Origin: Dermatophilaceae bacterium
Lineage (GTDB): Bacteria > Actinomycetota > Actinomycetes > Actinomycetales > Dermatophilaceae
Assembly (NCBI GenBank): GCA_049582485.1
Contig: JBAUUB010000347.1
Coordinates: 258 to 64,257, forward strand
DNA: 64,000 nucleotides
Direction: 5' to 3'
Position numbers and translations under genes: made by a program. Numbering within the stretch: the stretch's first letter is position 1; each line of letters starts with the position of its first letter. A model generated the notes under the pieces. The model was given only the letters and a program-made list of their open reading frames with translations, did no database searches and was not told where the DNA came from. Shown here piece after piece: positions 37,729 to 48,031 of this stretch.

Positions 37729-38532
37729 GTGCGCATCGCCACCTGGAACGTCAACTCGATCCGCTCCCGCATTGACCGCGTGGAGGACTGGATCCGGCGC
37801 ACCGACGTCGACGTCCTCGCGATCCAGGAGACCAAGTGCCGTGAGGACCAGCTCCCCCGCGACCGCCTCGAGGCCCTGGGCTACGAGGTGGCCCACCACG
37901 GGTTCAACCAGTGGAACGGCGTCGCGATCGTCTCCCGGGTGGGTCTGAGCGATGTCCAGGTGGGCCTTCCCGGAGTGCCGACCTGGGGCGACCCGGCGGT
38001 CGCGGAGGCGCGCGCCATCGGCGCGACCTGCGGTCCGGTCCGCGTCTGGTCCGTCTACGTGCCCAACGGGCGACACATCGACGACCCCCACATGGCCTAC
38101 AAGCTCGCCTGGATGACGCACCTGCGCGGTGAGGTGGTCCGGTGGCTGGCAGCCGAGCGGGACGGCGGGCCGCCCTTCGCCGTGCTGGGCGACTGGAACA
38201 TCGCGCCCCGGGACGAGGACGTCTGGTCGATGGAGTTCTACCTCGACAAGAGCCACGTCTCCCCTCCGGAGCGCGCCGCGTTCGACGCGCTCCTGGACGC
38301 CGGGCTCACCGACGTCGTGCGGCCGCATGCTCCCGGCCCCGGGGTGTACACCTACTGGGACTACCAGCGGCTCCGGTTCGCCAAGCGGCAGGGCATGCGA
38401 ATCGACTTCGTGCTCGGCTCACCCGGATTCGCCGAGCGCGTCGTCGGCGCGGCGATCGACCGCGAGGAGCGCAAGGGCGCCGGCGCGAGCGACCACGCGC
38501 CGGTCGTCGTCCAGCTCAGGGAGCCCGCATGA
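37729..38532 (+). CDS. xthA: Exodeoxyribonuclease III
   Basis: IATWNVNSIRSR, LAIQETK and SDHAPV motifs. GTG start. A 7-bp hairpin CCTAAGC-AGGT-GCTTAGG lies just upstream at 37703-37720. Confidence 0.9.
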   Translation: MRIATWNVNSIRSRIDRVEDWIRRTDVDVLAIQETKCREDQLPRDRLEALGYEVAHHGFNQWNGVAIVSRVGLSDVQVGLPGVPTWGDPAVAEARAIGATCGPVRVWSVYVPNGRHIDDPHMAYKLAWMTHLRGEVVRWLAAERDGGPPFAVLGDWNIAPRDEDVWSMEFYLDKSHVSPPERAAFDALLDAGLTDVVRPHAPGPGVYTYWDYQRLRFAKRQGMRIDFVLGSPGFAERVVGAAIDREERKGAGASDHAPVVVQLREPA

Positions 38533-39467
38533 GGGCGCGGCAGGTCATCGACGGAGGCTCGCACCAGGTCGTCGAGGGACGCGGCGGCGAGCGGATCGCC
38601 GTGTGGGAGTACGCGCCGGACCACTCGGGTCCGCCCGTCAGCCCCGTGACGGTCGTCTTCGCCCACGGCTGGACGCTGGCGCACACCGTCTGGGTCCCGT
38701 TCATCGAGAGGGTCCAGACCGAGCACAACGTGCGCGTCATCGCCTATGACCAGCCGGGACACGGCGACACCACGCTCGGCAGCGAGTACCGGCCCACGAT
38801 CCGGGCCCTCGGCGAGACCCTCGTCGACGTCCTCGACGCGACGGTGCCGGAGGGGCCGGTCGTGCTGGTTGGGCACTCGATGGGCGGCATGACGATCATG
38901 GCGTATGCGGGGGCCCACCAGGAGGAGATCGGCACCCGGGTGCAGGGTGCCCTGCTCGTCGGAACCGCCGCGGGGGACATCACGCGCCGGTTCCAGGGCG
39001 TCGAGACGGCCGTGATGCGGGTGATCCACCGCGCACCGATGATCCCCACGGGCAACCTCATCACCCAGCGCAGCCAGCGACACAGCCTGTTCGGCGACCG
39101 GTGCGACCCCGCCGACCTGGCGTTCACGGTCAAGGTGATGTCCTCGACACCGCTGCCGACCCTCAGCCGGTACTACCTGGCGCTGATGGACCACGACGAG
39201 ACCGAGCACCTCGGCGTGCTGGCCGGCACGCGGACCGTCGTCATGGTGGGCGAGAAGGACCGGCTGACCTCGGTGCGTCACGCTCGGCGACTCCATACCG
39301 CGATCGCGGGCTCGCGCCTCGTCGTCGTGCCCGGCGCCGGCCACATGCTGATGTTCGAGGCCCCCCAGCTGCTCGGTCTCGAGCTCAGTCACCTCATCGA
39401 GGCGGCCGAGTCCGCCGGTGGCTCGGTCGGGGACGGCGCGGGCGCCGCTGACGCCGACAGCGCCTGA
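38529..39467 (+). CDS. Alpha/beta hydrolase
   Basis: GHSMGG nucleophile elbow and a C-terminal GAGHM. The ATG overlaps the xthA stop. Confidence 0.8.
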   Translation: MRARQVIDGGSHQVVEGRGGERIAVWEYAPDHSGPPVSPVTVVFAHGWTLAHTVWVPFIERVQTEHNVRVIAYDQPGHGDTTLGSEYRPTIRALGETLVDVLDATVPEGPVVLVGHSMGGMTIMAYAGAHQEEIGTRVQGALLVGTAAGDITRRFQGVETAVMRVIHRAPMIPTGNLITQRSQRHSLFGDRCDPADLAFTVKVMSSTPLPTLSRYYLALMDHDETEHLGVLAGTRTVVMVGEKDRLTSVRHARRLHTAIAGSRLVVVPGAGHMLMFEAPQLLGLELSHLIEAAESAGGSVGDGAGAADADSA

Positions 39468-39469
39468 GC

Positions 39470-41170
39470 TCAGATCAGCTCGCTCGTCCGGCTGACGGCG
39501 TGGCCGCGCCTGCGCAGGTCGAGTGCGACGCAGGCGAGGGCGGCGAGCAGCGCGCCGAGGGAGGCGCCGAGCAGCATGGTCTGCACCTGGCCGATCGCTG
39601 CGTCGATGAGGGCGTCGACGTCGGTGGGGTCCGGCAGCGCCGCCACCTGGCGGTAGTACCGGTTGAGCCCGATGGCCGTCAGCACCGCGATGCCGACGAC
39701 CATCCCGATCATCCGTGCGACCACGACGAGTGCGCTGGCGGTGCCGTGCGCGTCCTCGGGCGCGTCGGCGAGCGCGGCGTTGTTCACGGGGGCGAGCGCC
39801 AGGCCGACGCCGAAGCCGATGACCACCAGCCCGAGCGTCCCCGCGACGCTGTCGAGCGATCCCCGCTCCCACGAGCTCGCGACGAACAGCGCACCCGAGG
39901 CGAGGAGCATGCCGACGCCGGCGACGGCGCCGTCGCCGAGCCATCGCAGGGCCCACCCGCCGAGGACCGCGCCGACCGGGACGGCCACGAGGAACTTCAG
40001 CAGCTCGAGAGCCGCGACCGTCTGGTCGGGTGAGACCGTGAGCCGGCTGAGCAGCGGGATGCCGACGATCACGGCGACCAGCGCCGTGCCGACGAGGAAC
40101 GACACGAGCAGCGCCCACGGCACCCTGGCCCGCACGACTCCGCGCGGCACGAGCGGCTCGGCCGTGCGCGCGTGCCGCCAGACGTACAGCAGCGCGAGCA
40201 GGGCACCCAGTGGCAGCAGCGAGTACCCCAGCGGGCCGATGACCTCGGTCTCCGGGTCGGCCGAGGCGAAGGTGAGGATGACGCAGCCGAGCGCCCCGCC
40301 GAGGAGCAGAGCGCCGGGCAGGTCCGCGTGCCGAAGGACCGGCCAGGCCGCTCGAGTCGCCAGGACGAGGCCGGCGGTGGTGATGGCGAGCGCCAGCAGC
40401 CCGATCGGGGTCAGCAGCACGGCGGAGGAGTCGCCGAACGGCACGAAGGGCCCACCGAGCGCCACGCTCGTCACCAGGGAGTCCGGTGCCCAGAGGGCGA
40501 GCACGAGGACGGCGAGCCCGGCGCCCAGGACGCCCGTGGGTGCCCAGGCCCGCATCGAGGTATGCGCGGGCCGGCTGTCCCGAGCGGGTCGCCCGACGAC
40601 GAGCAGGGCGATCGAGAGCAGGACTCCGGCGGCGGCGTTCAGCCAGAAGATGGCACGCCACTCGGCGACGACGAGGATGGCGGCCCCGAGCACCGGCCCG
40701 AGGACGGAGCCGAGCTCCTGCACCGCACCCACGACGCCGAGGGGCGTGCCGCGGCGGTCGGCCGGCCACAGGTCGGCCACGAGGGCGAGGGTCGCGGGGA
40801 CCAGTCCGCCGCCGCCGACGCCCTGGACGACACGCCCGCCGACGAGGACGGGCAGGTCGGTGGCGAGCGCGGTGACGACCGACCCGAGCACGAACACCGC
40901 GAGGCAGAGCTGGAGCACACGCTGGCGGGAGACGAGGTCGGCGACCCGGCCGATGAGCGGGAGGATCGCGATGTAGCCGAGCAGGAAGCCGGACACGATG
41001 GGAGTCGCCCGTTGCAGTGCGTCGATGGTCACCCCGACGCCGGCCATCATGTCGGTCAGGGCCAGGACGACCACGTAGGTGTCGGCGGCGGCGAGCGCGA
41101 CCCCGATCGCGGCGATGCTCAGGATCGACCGGGCCCGGGGTCCGACACCCGTGCCGCCGGGCTGGGTCAT
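39470..41170 (-). CDS. MFS transporter, DHA2-like (P55/Rv1410c-like)
   Basis: About 14 TM segments. Motif A-like GRVADLVSRQRV. Lies 11 nt downstream of an LprG-like gene. Confidence 0.8.
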   Translation of the reverse strand: MTQPGGTGVGPRARSILSIAAIGVALAAADTYVVVLALTDMMAGVGVTIDALQRATPIVSGFLLGYIAILPLIGRVADLVSRQRVLQLCLAVFVLGSVVTALATDLPVLVGGRVVQGVGGGGLVPATLALVADLWPADRRGTPLGVVGAVQELGSVLGPVLGAAILVVAEWRAIFWLNAAAGVLLSIALLVVGRPARDSRPAHTSMRAWAPTGVLGAGLAVLVLALWAPDSLVTSVALGGPFVPFGDSSAVLLTPIGLLALAITTAGLVLATRAAWPVLRHADLPGALLLGGALGCVILTFASADPETEVIGPLGYSLLPLGALLALLYVWRHARTAEPLVPRGVVRARVPWALLVSFLVGTALVAVIVGIPLLSRLTVSPDQTVAALELLKFLVAVPVGAVLGGWALRWLGDGAVAGVGMLLASGALFVASSWERGSLDSVAGTLGLVVIGFGVGLALAPVNNAALADAPEDAHGTASALVVVARMIGMVVGIAVLTAIGLNRYYRQVAALPDPTDVDALIDAAIGQVQTMLLGASLGALLAALACVALDLRRRGHAVSRTSELI

Positions 41171-41181
41171 CGTGGTGGTGC

Positions 41182-41934
41182 TCAGGTCGTCGGACTTGCG
41201 CTGGGAGTGCTGGGCGCGTCGGTCGCCGCGCCCGTCGGCCGCTCGATCGGGACGGCCTGACCGTAGTCGGTGAGGAGCAGGGTGTAGGTCGACTCGGTGC
41301 CGTCGTAGAACTCGCCCTCGAGCACAGCGGTGCGCAGCTCGTTCTCGTCGGTCAGGCCGTAGGTGACGTCGAAGGTGCGGTCGGGTGCGCCGAGCCGGAG
41401 CAGCGCCTCGACGCGGTCGCCGGGCAGGGTCCCGGTGACCTGCCGGAGGATCTCGCGGCCCTCCCGGGTCCGCTCACCTTCGGCGAGGTCGGTCGTGGCG
41501 CCGATCAGGCTCGAGAGCCCCGCCTCCGGGTCGAGGAAGGTCGTGGGGTTGGGGGCGCCGAGCTCGTCGAGGTCGACCGGCGCGTAGTCGGGGGTGAACA
41601 GCTTCATGTATGCGTCGGGCCCGATGCAGATCAGGGCCACCGTCGCGGTCACGCCGTTGATCCGCCCCTCGATGTCTCCGGCGAACTTGATGGTGTCGCC
41701 GTCGACGACACCGACACCGGTCGCCGAGCGCACCCCGTTGACATCGGTCGGCACGTCGGTGCCGGTCAGCTCGATGGTCATCGCGTCGGTTGACTCGAGG
41801 ACCTCGCGCGCGGCGGCGAGCTGCTCCTGCGGTCCGGCAGGTGCCTCGGCCTCGGCGCTGCCCTCATCGCCGGAGCACCCGGCAAGCGCGAACGCCAGGA
41901 CGACGGCACCGGCGGCGAGCGAGAGACGAGGCAT
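41182..41934 (-). CDS. LppX/LprAFG family lipoprotein (LprG-like)
   Basis: Lipobox LAGC. The size and the pairing with a P55-like MFS gene mirror the mycobacterial lprG-p55 operon. Confidence 0.7.
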   Translation of the reverse strand: MPRLSLAAGAVVLAFALAGCSGDEGSAEAEAPAGPQEQLAAAREVLESTDAMTIELTGTDVPTDVNGVRSATGVGVVDGDTIKFAGDIEGRINGVTATVALICIGPDAYMKLFTPDYAPVDLDELGAPNPTTFLDPEAGLSSLIGATTDLAEGERTREGREILRQVTGTLPGDRVEALLRLGAPDRTFDVTYGLTDENELRTAVLEGEFYDGTESTYTLLLTDYGQAVPIERPTGAATDAPSTPSASPTT

Positions 41935-41982
41935 GGCGGTAATGCTACGGCTCGTCCACCCGGACCCTCCGGCGCAGGCCGG

Positions 41983-44553
41983 TCAGGCCGTCACGAGGGT
42001 GAGGCCGTCGGCCTGTGCCGCTCGGTCGATGGTCACGATGTCGCCGTCTCGCACCTCCCCGGAGAGGACGGCCTTGGCCAGCCGGTCGCCGATCTCCTTC
42101 TGGATGAGGCGGCGCAGCGGTCGGGCCCCGTAGGCGGGGTCGTAGCCGGTGAGGGCCAGCCACTCGCGCGCCGCGTCGGTGACCTCGAGCATGATCCGCC
42201 GGTCGTGCAGGCGGGTCGTCAGCTCACGCACCTGGAGGTCGACGATGTGCTGGAGCTCCTGGGCACCGAGCGGGTCGAAGATGACGACCTCGTCGAGCCG
42301 GTTGAGGAACTCGGGCTTGAAGGCCGCCCGCACCGCGCCCAGGACGGACTCCTTCTTGGCCTCGTCGCTCAGCGTCGGGTCGATGAGGACGTGGCTGCCG
42401 AGGTTGGAGGTCATGACGAGGATGACGTTGCGGAAGTCGACCGTGCGCCCCTGCCCGTCGGTGAGCCGTCCGTCGTCGAGCACCTGGAGCAGGATGTCGA
42501 AGGTCTCCGGGTGGGCCTTCTCGACCTCGTCGAGAAGGACGACGGAGTAGGGCCGCCGTCGGACCGCCTCGGTGAGCTGGCCGCCCTCCTCATAGCCGAC
42601 ATAGCCGGGCGGCGCGCCGATGAGTCGGGCCACAGCGTGCCGCTCGGAGTACTCCGACATGTCGATGCGGACCATCGCGCGCTCGTCGTCGAAGAGGAAG
42701 TCGGCGAGCGACTTCGCGAGCTCGGTCTTGCCGACACCGGTCGGGCCGAGGAAGAGGAACGAACCCGTCGGACGGTCCGGGTCGGCCAGCCCGGCCCGGC
42801 TGCGACGGACCGCGTCGGAGACGGCCTGGACGGCCGCCGTCTGGCCGATCAGCCGGGCCCCGATGATCGACTCCATCGCGAGCAGCTTCTCGGTCTCGCC
42901 CTGGAGCAGCCGGCCGGCCGGGATGCCGGTCCACGCCGAGATGACCTCGGCGATGTCGTCGGCACCGACACGCTCCTTGACCATGAGGTCCTCGTCGGAA
43001 CGGGCCCGCTCGGCCTCGTCGGCCTGCGCGAGCTCGGCCTCGAGCGCGGGGATCTCGCCGTAGAGGACCCGGGAGGCACCCTCGTAGTCACCGTCGCGCT
43101 GCATCCGGTCGGCCTTCGTGCGCAGGTCGTCGAGGCGTGCGCGCAGGTCGCCGATCTTGTTCAGGCCGGACTTCTCGGCCTCCCATCGGGCGGTCAGCTC
43201 GGCGAGCTGCTCGCGCCGCTCGGCGAGGTCGGCACGAAGCCTCTCCAGACGCTCCCGGGACGCCTCGTCGGTCTCCTGCGCGAGGTGCATCTCCTCCATG
43301 CTCAGCCGGTCGACGGCCCGCTGCAGCTCGTCGATCTCGACGGGGCTGGAGTCGATCTCCATCCGCAGCCGCGAGGCGGCCTCGTCGACGAGGTCGATGG
43401 CCTTGTCGGGGAGCTGACGACCGGTGATGTAGCGGTCGGACAGTGCCGCTGCCGCGACGAGCGCCGTGTCCTCGATCTCCACCTTGTGGTGCGCCTCGTA
43501 GCGCTCCTTGAGGCCGCGCAGGATCGCGATGGTGTCCTCGACGCTCGGCTCACCGACGAAGACCTGCTGGAACCGGCGCTCCAGAGCGGGGTCCTTCTCG
43601 ATCCGCTGGCGGTACTCGTCCAGGGTGGTCGCCCCGACGAGCCGCAGCTCACCACGGGCGAGCATCGGCTTGAGCATGTTGCCGGCGTCCATCGCCCCCT
43701 CGGAGGCGCCCGCGCCGACCATGGTGTGCAGCTCGTCGATGAAGGTGATGATCTGCCCCTCGGCATCCCTGATCTCCTCGAGGACGGCCTTGAGGCGCTC
43801 CTCGAACTCGCCGCGGTACTTGGCGCCGGCCACCATCGCGCTGAGGTCGAGGCCGACCAGCCTCTTGTCGCGCAGGCTCTCGGGGACGTCGCCGTCGACG
43901 ATGCGCTGGGCCAGGCCCTCCACGACCGCGGTCTTGCCGACACCGGGCTCACCGATGAGGACTGGGTTGTTCTTGGTGCGTCGGGACAGCACCTGCACGA
44001 CCCGGCGGATCTCGCTGTCGCGGCCGATGACCGGGTCGAGCTTGCCGTCCCGGGCGGCCTGGGTCAGGTCGGTGCCGAACTTCTCGAGGGCCTCGCCGGT
44101 CTCGACCGGAGTCTCCGAGGTCACCTTGCGACCGCCGCGCTGGGTGTCGATCGCCTTCTCCATGTCGGCCGCGCCGCGCTTCTCGACGGCGGCGAGGTGC
44201 CCGGTCTCGGCGAGCGCGAGCCAGAGCAGGTCGACGGCCAGGTAGGAGTCGCCCTTGGCGCGCATGAGGGTGTCGGCTCGCTGGAGGACCCCCATGGCCT
44301 CCCGCCCGAAGGACGGGGCCTGCGCGCTGCCGGAGGTGGTCGGCAGGGATCGGAGCCGGGCGTCGGCCTGACCGAGGACATGTCCGACGCCGGTGCCGGC
44401 CGCAGCGAGGAGCGCGTCGGCCTGGGTCGTGTCGAGCTGGGCCAGCGCGCTCGTGATGTGGTCCGGGGTGATCTCCGGGTGTCCTGCGGTCTGCGCCGCC
44501 CGCTGGGCGAGCGCGAGGGCCTCGGCCACCTTGTTCGTGGGCTTGAGCTCCAT
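41983..44553 (-). CDS. clpB: ATP-dependent chaperone ClpB
   Basis: Two AAA+ modules (GEPGVGKTA and GPTGVGKTE) separated by a long coiled-coil middle domain. 856 aa. Confidence 0.95.
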   Translation of the reverse strand: MELKPTNKVAEALALAQRAAQTAGHPEITPDHITSALAQLDTTQADALLAAAGTGVGHVLGQADARLRSLPTTSGSAQAPSFGREAMGVLQRADTLMRAKGDSYLAVDLLWLALAETGHLAAVEKRGAADMEKAIDTQRGGRKVTSETPVETGEALEKFGTDLTQAARDGKLDPVIGRDSEIRRVVQVLSRRTKNNPVLIGEPGVGKTAVVEGLAQRIVDGDVPESLRDKRLVGLDLSAMVAGAKYRGEFEERLKAVLEEIRDAEGQIITFIDELHTMVGAGASEGAMDAGNMLKPMLARGELRLVGATTLDEYRQRIEKDPALERRFQQVFVGEPSVEDTIAILRGLKERYEAHHKVEIEDTALVAAAALSDRYITGRQLPDKAIDLVDEAASRLRMEIDSSPVEIDELQRAVDRLSMEEMHLAQETDEASRERLERLRADLAERREQLAELTARWEAEKSGLNKIGDLRARLDDLRTKADRMQRDGDYEGASRVLYGEIPALEAELAQADEAERARSDEDLMVKERVGADDIAEVISAWTGIPAGRLLQGETEKLLAMESIIGARLIGQTAAVQAVSDAVRRSRAGLADPDRPTGSFLFLGPTGVGKTELAKSLADFLFDDERAMVRIDMSEYSERHAVARLIGAPPGYVGYEEGGQLTEAVRRRPYSVVLLDEVEKAHPETFDILLQVLDDGRLTDGQGRTVDFRNVILVMTSNLGSHVLIDPTLSDEAKKESVLGAVRAAFKPEFLNRLDEVVIFDPLGAQELQHIVDLQVRELTTRLHDRRIMLEVTDAAREWLALTGYDPAYGARPLRRLIQKEIGDRLAKAVLSGEVRDGDIVTIDRAAQADGLTLVTA

Positions 44554-44612
44554 GCCGATGATGTCTCCTGGTCGGGTGCTGCGAACGGTCCGGTGAGGTC
44601 AACCTCCCCAAA

Positions 44613-44633
44613 GTTGAGTCTATTCCACTCAAC
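44613..44633. promoter_or_regulatory. HspR operator (HAIR) upstream of clpB
   Basis: GTTGAGT-CTATTCC-ACTCAAC matches the CTTGAGT-N7-ACTCAAG consensus. It lies 60-80 nt upstream of the clpB ATG. Confidence 0.7.
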
Positions 44634-44675
44634 TCTTGCGTCGCCGCGGCCGGGGCGACGTCACCACTTCGCGGT

Positions 44676-46187
44676 TCAGCAGGTTGCGGCGAGGTCTGCG
44701 AGGGTGTCGGTCGGCTCTGGGGTCGGCGTCGGCCCGGTGGGCGTTGCACCCGGCCCGTCGGTGGGCGAGGTCGTCGCGCCGGGGGTCGTCGGGCTCGTGC
44801 CGGGACTCGGCGGTGGCGGCGTCTCGATCGCGTCCTGCACCAGCTGCCGGATCGCGACGAAGTCCGGGTTTCCGACATCGACCACCTGGTTGGTGACCGG
44901 CAGGGACTGCAGGCGGCCGTCCTTCATCCGCAGGACCAGCTGGGCCCACGCCGGCAGGTCGCCCGCAGGGATGTCGACCCGCAGGTTGTCGGCGACGGCG
45001 TCGGCGAGCTGGGGATACCGGGCGAGCATGCGGACCGGATCGACCTGGTCGATGATGGCCCCGACGACGCACCGCTGGCGGCGCATCCGGGAGAAGTCGT
45101 CGGTCGTGGCCCGGGAGCGCGCATACCAGAGCGCGTGGTAGCCGTCCATCCGCTGCAGACCCGGCTCGATCCAGCCGGTGATCCCGACGACCTGGCCGTT
45201 CTCGACCTTGCCACCGATCGGCACCCGCTCGGTCGCGTTGATCATCACTCCGCCCATCGCGTCGACGAGCTGCTCGAAGCCGCTGATGTCGACCAGGACG
45301 GTGTCCTCGATCTCGAGGCCGGTGATCTCGGAGACGACATCCCTCGTGGTGGTCAGACCCGGCGAGGAGTCACCCGGGAACAGGTCGGGACGGCCCTCGG
45401 CGAGCGTCCAGACCCCGTTGAGCAGGCACTCGTCGCCGCAGTCGTACCCCTCCGGATAGATCTGGCTGAAGGGGTTGTCCAGTGGGAACGGCACCCGCTC
45501 GAGGTTGCGCGGCAGACCGATGAAGACGGTGTCACCGGTCGCGGTGTCGATGCTGGCGACCATGATCGAGTCCGGTCGCACGCCGATCCGGTCCGGCTCG
45601 GCGTCGGAGCCGAGCAGGAGGAGGTTCACCCTCGGACGCGACGACCACGGATCTTCCTCCTCCTCGTCTTCGACGGACATCGGTGGCCGGGTCGAGGACG
45701 TGACGACCTCGTCGAGGGTGTCGCGCTGGATGTCGATGCCCTGGACCGCCACGGCCGTCGGCGCTGCGATGACGACGCACATCAGGGCCGTGAACGCCGA
45801 CAGTCGCCGGCGGTCGGCCCGGCGCATCCCCTGCGGTCGGGTGCCCCGCGAGGTGGCGACGATGCCGATGATCCAGGCCGCCGCGAGCAGCAGGATCGTC
45901 CCCGTCACCCCGAGCAGCCGGCCTCGGTCCACCCCGATCTCCAGGACGGAGTCCACGGCGCCGTCGCGGGCGAAGAGATACCCGAGGTACGCGAGCGGGA
46001 TGAGGAAGACGAGCACGATGCCGTATGCGAGGGCCGGCCGCACCCGGAACAGCCCCGCTGCGGGGAGCAGGGTGGACAGGGCCGTCGCGCGGTAGGACCG
46101 CCGGACGTCGTCCCCGTAGCGGGCCTGCCGATCCGCGCGGGTCTCGTGGTCGACCCTCCAGTGCCGCGATCGCGCGGAATCGACCAC
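44676..46187 (-). CDS. LytR-CpsA-Psr (LCP) family cell-envelope transferase
   Basis: N-terminal TM segments, LLLGSD...RPDSIMV LCP core, and a Pro/Thr-rich tail. GTG at 46187 lies 6 nt after AAGGAG. Confidence 0.8.
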   Translation of the reverse strand: MVDSARSRHWRVDHETRADRQARYGDDVRRSYRATALSTLLPAAGLFRVRPALAYGIVLVFLIPLAYLGYLFARDGAVDSVLEIGVDRGRLLGVTGTILLLAAAWIIGIVATSRGTRPQGMRRADRRRLSAFTALMCVVIAAPTAVAVQGIDIQRDTLDEVVTSSTRPPMSVEDEEEEDPWSSRPRVNLLLLGSDAEPDRIGVRPDSIMVASIDTATGDTVFIGLPRNLERVPFPLDNPFSQIYPEGYDCGDECLLNGVWTLAEGRPDLFPGDSSPGLTTTRDVVSEITGLEIEDTVLVDISGFEQLVDAMGGVMINATERVPIGGKVENGQVVGITGWIEPGLQRMDGYHALWYARSRATTDDFSRMRRQRCVVGAIIDQVDPVRMLARYPQLADAVADNLRVDIPAGDLPAWAQLVLRMKDGRLQSLPVTNQVVDVGNPDFVAIRQLVQDAIETPPPPSPGTSPTTPGATTSPTDGPGATPTGPTPTPEPTDTLADLAATC

Positions 46188-46307
46188 GACGGCTCCTTGC
46201 TCCTCGACCCTGGTCCGGGTGCAGGACGCGCACCCGTGCGTCCCGGGGGACAGTTGAGCACAACGAACCCCCGCGGCGGAAGGTGCCGATGGTGTTGGAT
46301 CGGACTC

Positions 46308-48011
46308 ATGGCCACCCCCCTCCCATCCGACCTCGAGATCGCCCGGGCCACCCACCTCCGGCCGATCGCCGAGATCGCGGCAGCCGCGCATCTTCCAGCC
46401 GAGCACGTCGAGCCCTACGGCCGGCACGTCGCCAAGGTCGATCTCGCCGCCATCGAGGCGCTCGCCGACCGCCCCCAGGCGCGCTACGTCGTCGTGACGG
46501 CGGTGACCCCGACACCCCTCGGCGAGGGCAAGACGACGACGGCGGTCGGGCTGGCCCAGGGGCTGGTGGCGCTCGGGCACGAGACGATGCTCACGCTGCG
46601 CCAGCCGTCGATGGGTCCGACGTTCGGAGTCAAGGGGGGCGCCGCCGGCGGTGGCTACAGCCAGATCGTGCCGATGGAGACTCTCAACCTCCACCTGACC
46701 GGCGACTTCCACGCGGTGACCGCCGCGCACAACCTGCTCGCCGCGATGGTCGACAACCACCTGCACCACGGCAACGAGCTCGACCTGGACCCGCACTCGA
46801 TCTCGTGGCGACGGGTGCTCGACGTCAACGACCGGGCACTACGCAACACGGTCATCGGTCTCGGCGCCCGCATCGACGGGGTCCCCCGCCAGAGCGGCTT
46901 CGACATCACCGCGGCGAGCGAGGTCATGGTCATCCTGGCTCTCGCGACCTCGCTGCAGGACCTGCGCCGCCGGCTCGGTCGCATCGTCGTCGGCTACACC
47001 CGGGGCGGACTCGCCGTCACGGCCGAGGACCTCGAGGCGGCCGGCGCGATGGCGGTCATCCTCAAGGACGCCCTCAAGCCCAACCTCATGCAGACCACCG
47101 AGAACACCCCGGCGCTCATCCACGCCGGCCCCTTCGGCAACATCGCGACCGGCAACTCCTCCGTCGTCGCCGACATGGTCGGGATCCGCACCGCCGACTA
47201 CGTGCTGACCGAAGCGGGCTTCGGGGCCGACATGGGTGCCGAACGGTTCTTCAACGTCAAGTGCCGCGTCGGCGGCCTCACCCCCCACGCGGCCGTTCTC
47301 GTCGTCACGGTCCGCGCCCTGAAGACGCACTCGGGACGGTATGCGGTGGCCGCCGGCCGCCCGCTGCCTCCGGCGATGCTGCAGGAGAGTCCCGAGGACG
47401 TGCGGGCGGGCGCGGCGAACCTGCGCAAGCACATCGAGATCATCCGGTCCTTCGGGGTCTCTCCCGTGGTGGCGATCAACGCCTTCCCGAGCGACCACTC
47501 GAGCGAGCACGACGTGATCGCCGACATCGCGCAGGCCTCGGGTGCGCGCGTCGCGGTGGCCACCCATGTCGTCGAGGGCGGCAAGGGTGCCACGGACCTT
47601 GCCCGCGAGGTGGTCGCCGCGTGCGCCGAGCCCTCCACGTTCACGCCCACCTACGACCTTCGCGACCCGCTGCCGACCAAGATCGAGCGGATCGCAACCG
47701 GCGTGTACGGCGCGGACGGTATCGACGTCGCCCCGGCGGCGGCCAAGGAGCTGCGACGCTTCGAGAGCCTCGGGTACGGCGGCCTGCCGGTCGTCATCGC
47801 CAAGACGCATCTGTCGATCTCGTCGGACCCGGCCCTGACCGGTGCCCCAACGGGATGGCGCCTGCCCGTCCGCGAAGTGCGGTTGGCCGCGGGCGCCGGG
47901 TACGTCTACGCCATCTGTGGGGACATGCGCACGATGCCGGGCCTGTCCTCGCGACCGGCGGCCCGAGGCATCGACCTCGACGAGGACGGGAACGTCGTCG
48001 GCCTCTTCTGA
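46308..48011 (+). CDS. fhs: Formate-tetrahydrofolate ligase
   Basis: TPTPLGEGKTTTAVGL P-loop. Full-length FTHFS similarity. ATG at 46308. Confidence 0.95.
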   Translation: MATPLPSDLEIARATHLRPIAEIAAAAHLPAEHVEPYGRHVAKVDLAAIEALADRPQARYVVVTAVTPTPLGEGKTTTAVGLAQGLVALGHETMLTLRQPSMGPTFGVKGGAAGGGYSQIVPMETLNLHLTGDFHAVTAAHNLLAAMVDNHLHHGNELDLDPHSISWRRVLDVNDRALRNTVIGLGARIDGVPRQSGFDITAASEVMVILALATSLQDLRRRLGRIVVGYTRGGLAVTAEDLEAAGAMAVILKDALKPNLMQTTENTPALIHAGPFGNIATGNSSVVADMVGIRTADYVLTEAGFGADMGAERFFNVKCRVGGLTPHAAVLVVTVRALKTHSGRYAVAAGRPLPPAMLQESPEDVRAGAANLRKHIEIIRSFGVSPVVAINAFPSDHSSEHDVIADIAQASGARVAVATHVVEGGKGATDLAREVVAACAEPSTFTPTYDLRDPLPTKIERIATGVYGADGIDVAPAAAKELRRFESLGYGGLPVVIAKTHLSISSDPALTGAPTGWRLPVREVRLAAGAGYVYAICGDMRTMPGLSSRPAARGIDLDEDGNVVGLF

Positions 48012-48031
48012 TCTCGCGTAGCGTCGGGATC

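Noticed and set aside
38361-40769. 802-aa minus-strand ORF, plus the other long Arg/Pro/Gly-rich ORFs (for example 7049-10228, 10000-11784, 11363-13663, 14076-16340, 26714-28612, 30254-31738, 46025-48031, 48268-49845)
   Set aside because: All of them overlap well-supported genes in another frame or on the other strand, and their translations are Arg/Pro/Ala-rich low complexity. They are high-GC artefacts.
42205-45141. 978-aa plus-strand ORF overlapping clpB and the LCP gene
   Set aside because: Antisense shadow ORF. It has no recognisable domains, and its composition mirrors the ClpB codons.
46188-46307. ZTP (pfl) or THF riboswitch upstream of fhs
   Set aside because: I looked for the conserved ZTP 3' element (CCGCCTGGGC-like) and its pseudoknot partner and found neither. 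The 120-bp gap also has to hold the divergent LCP promoter.
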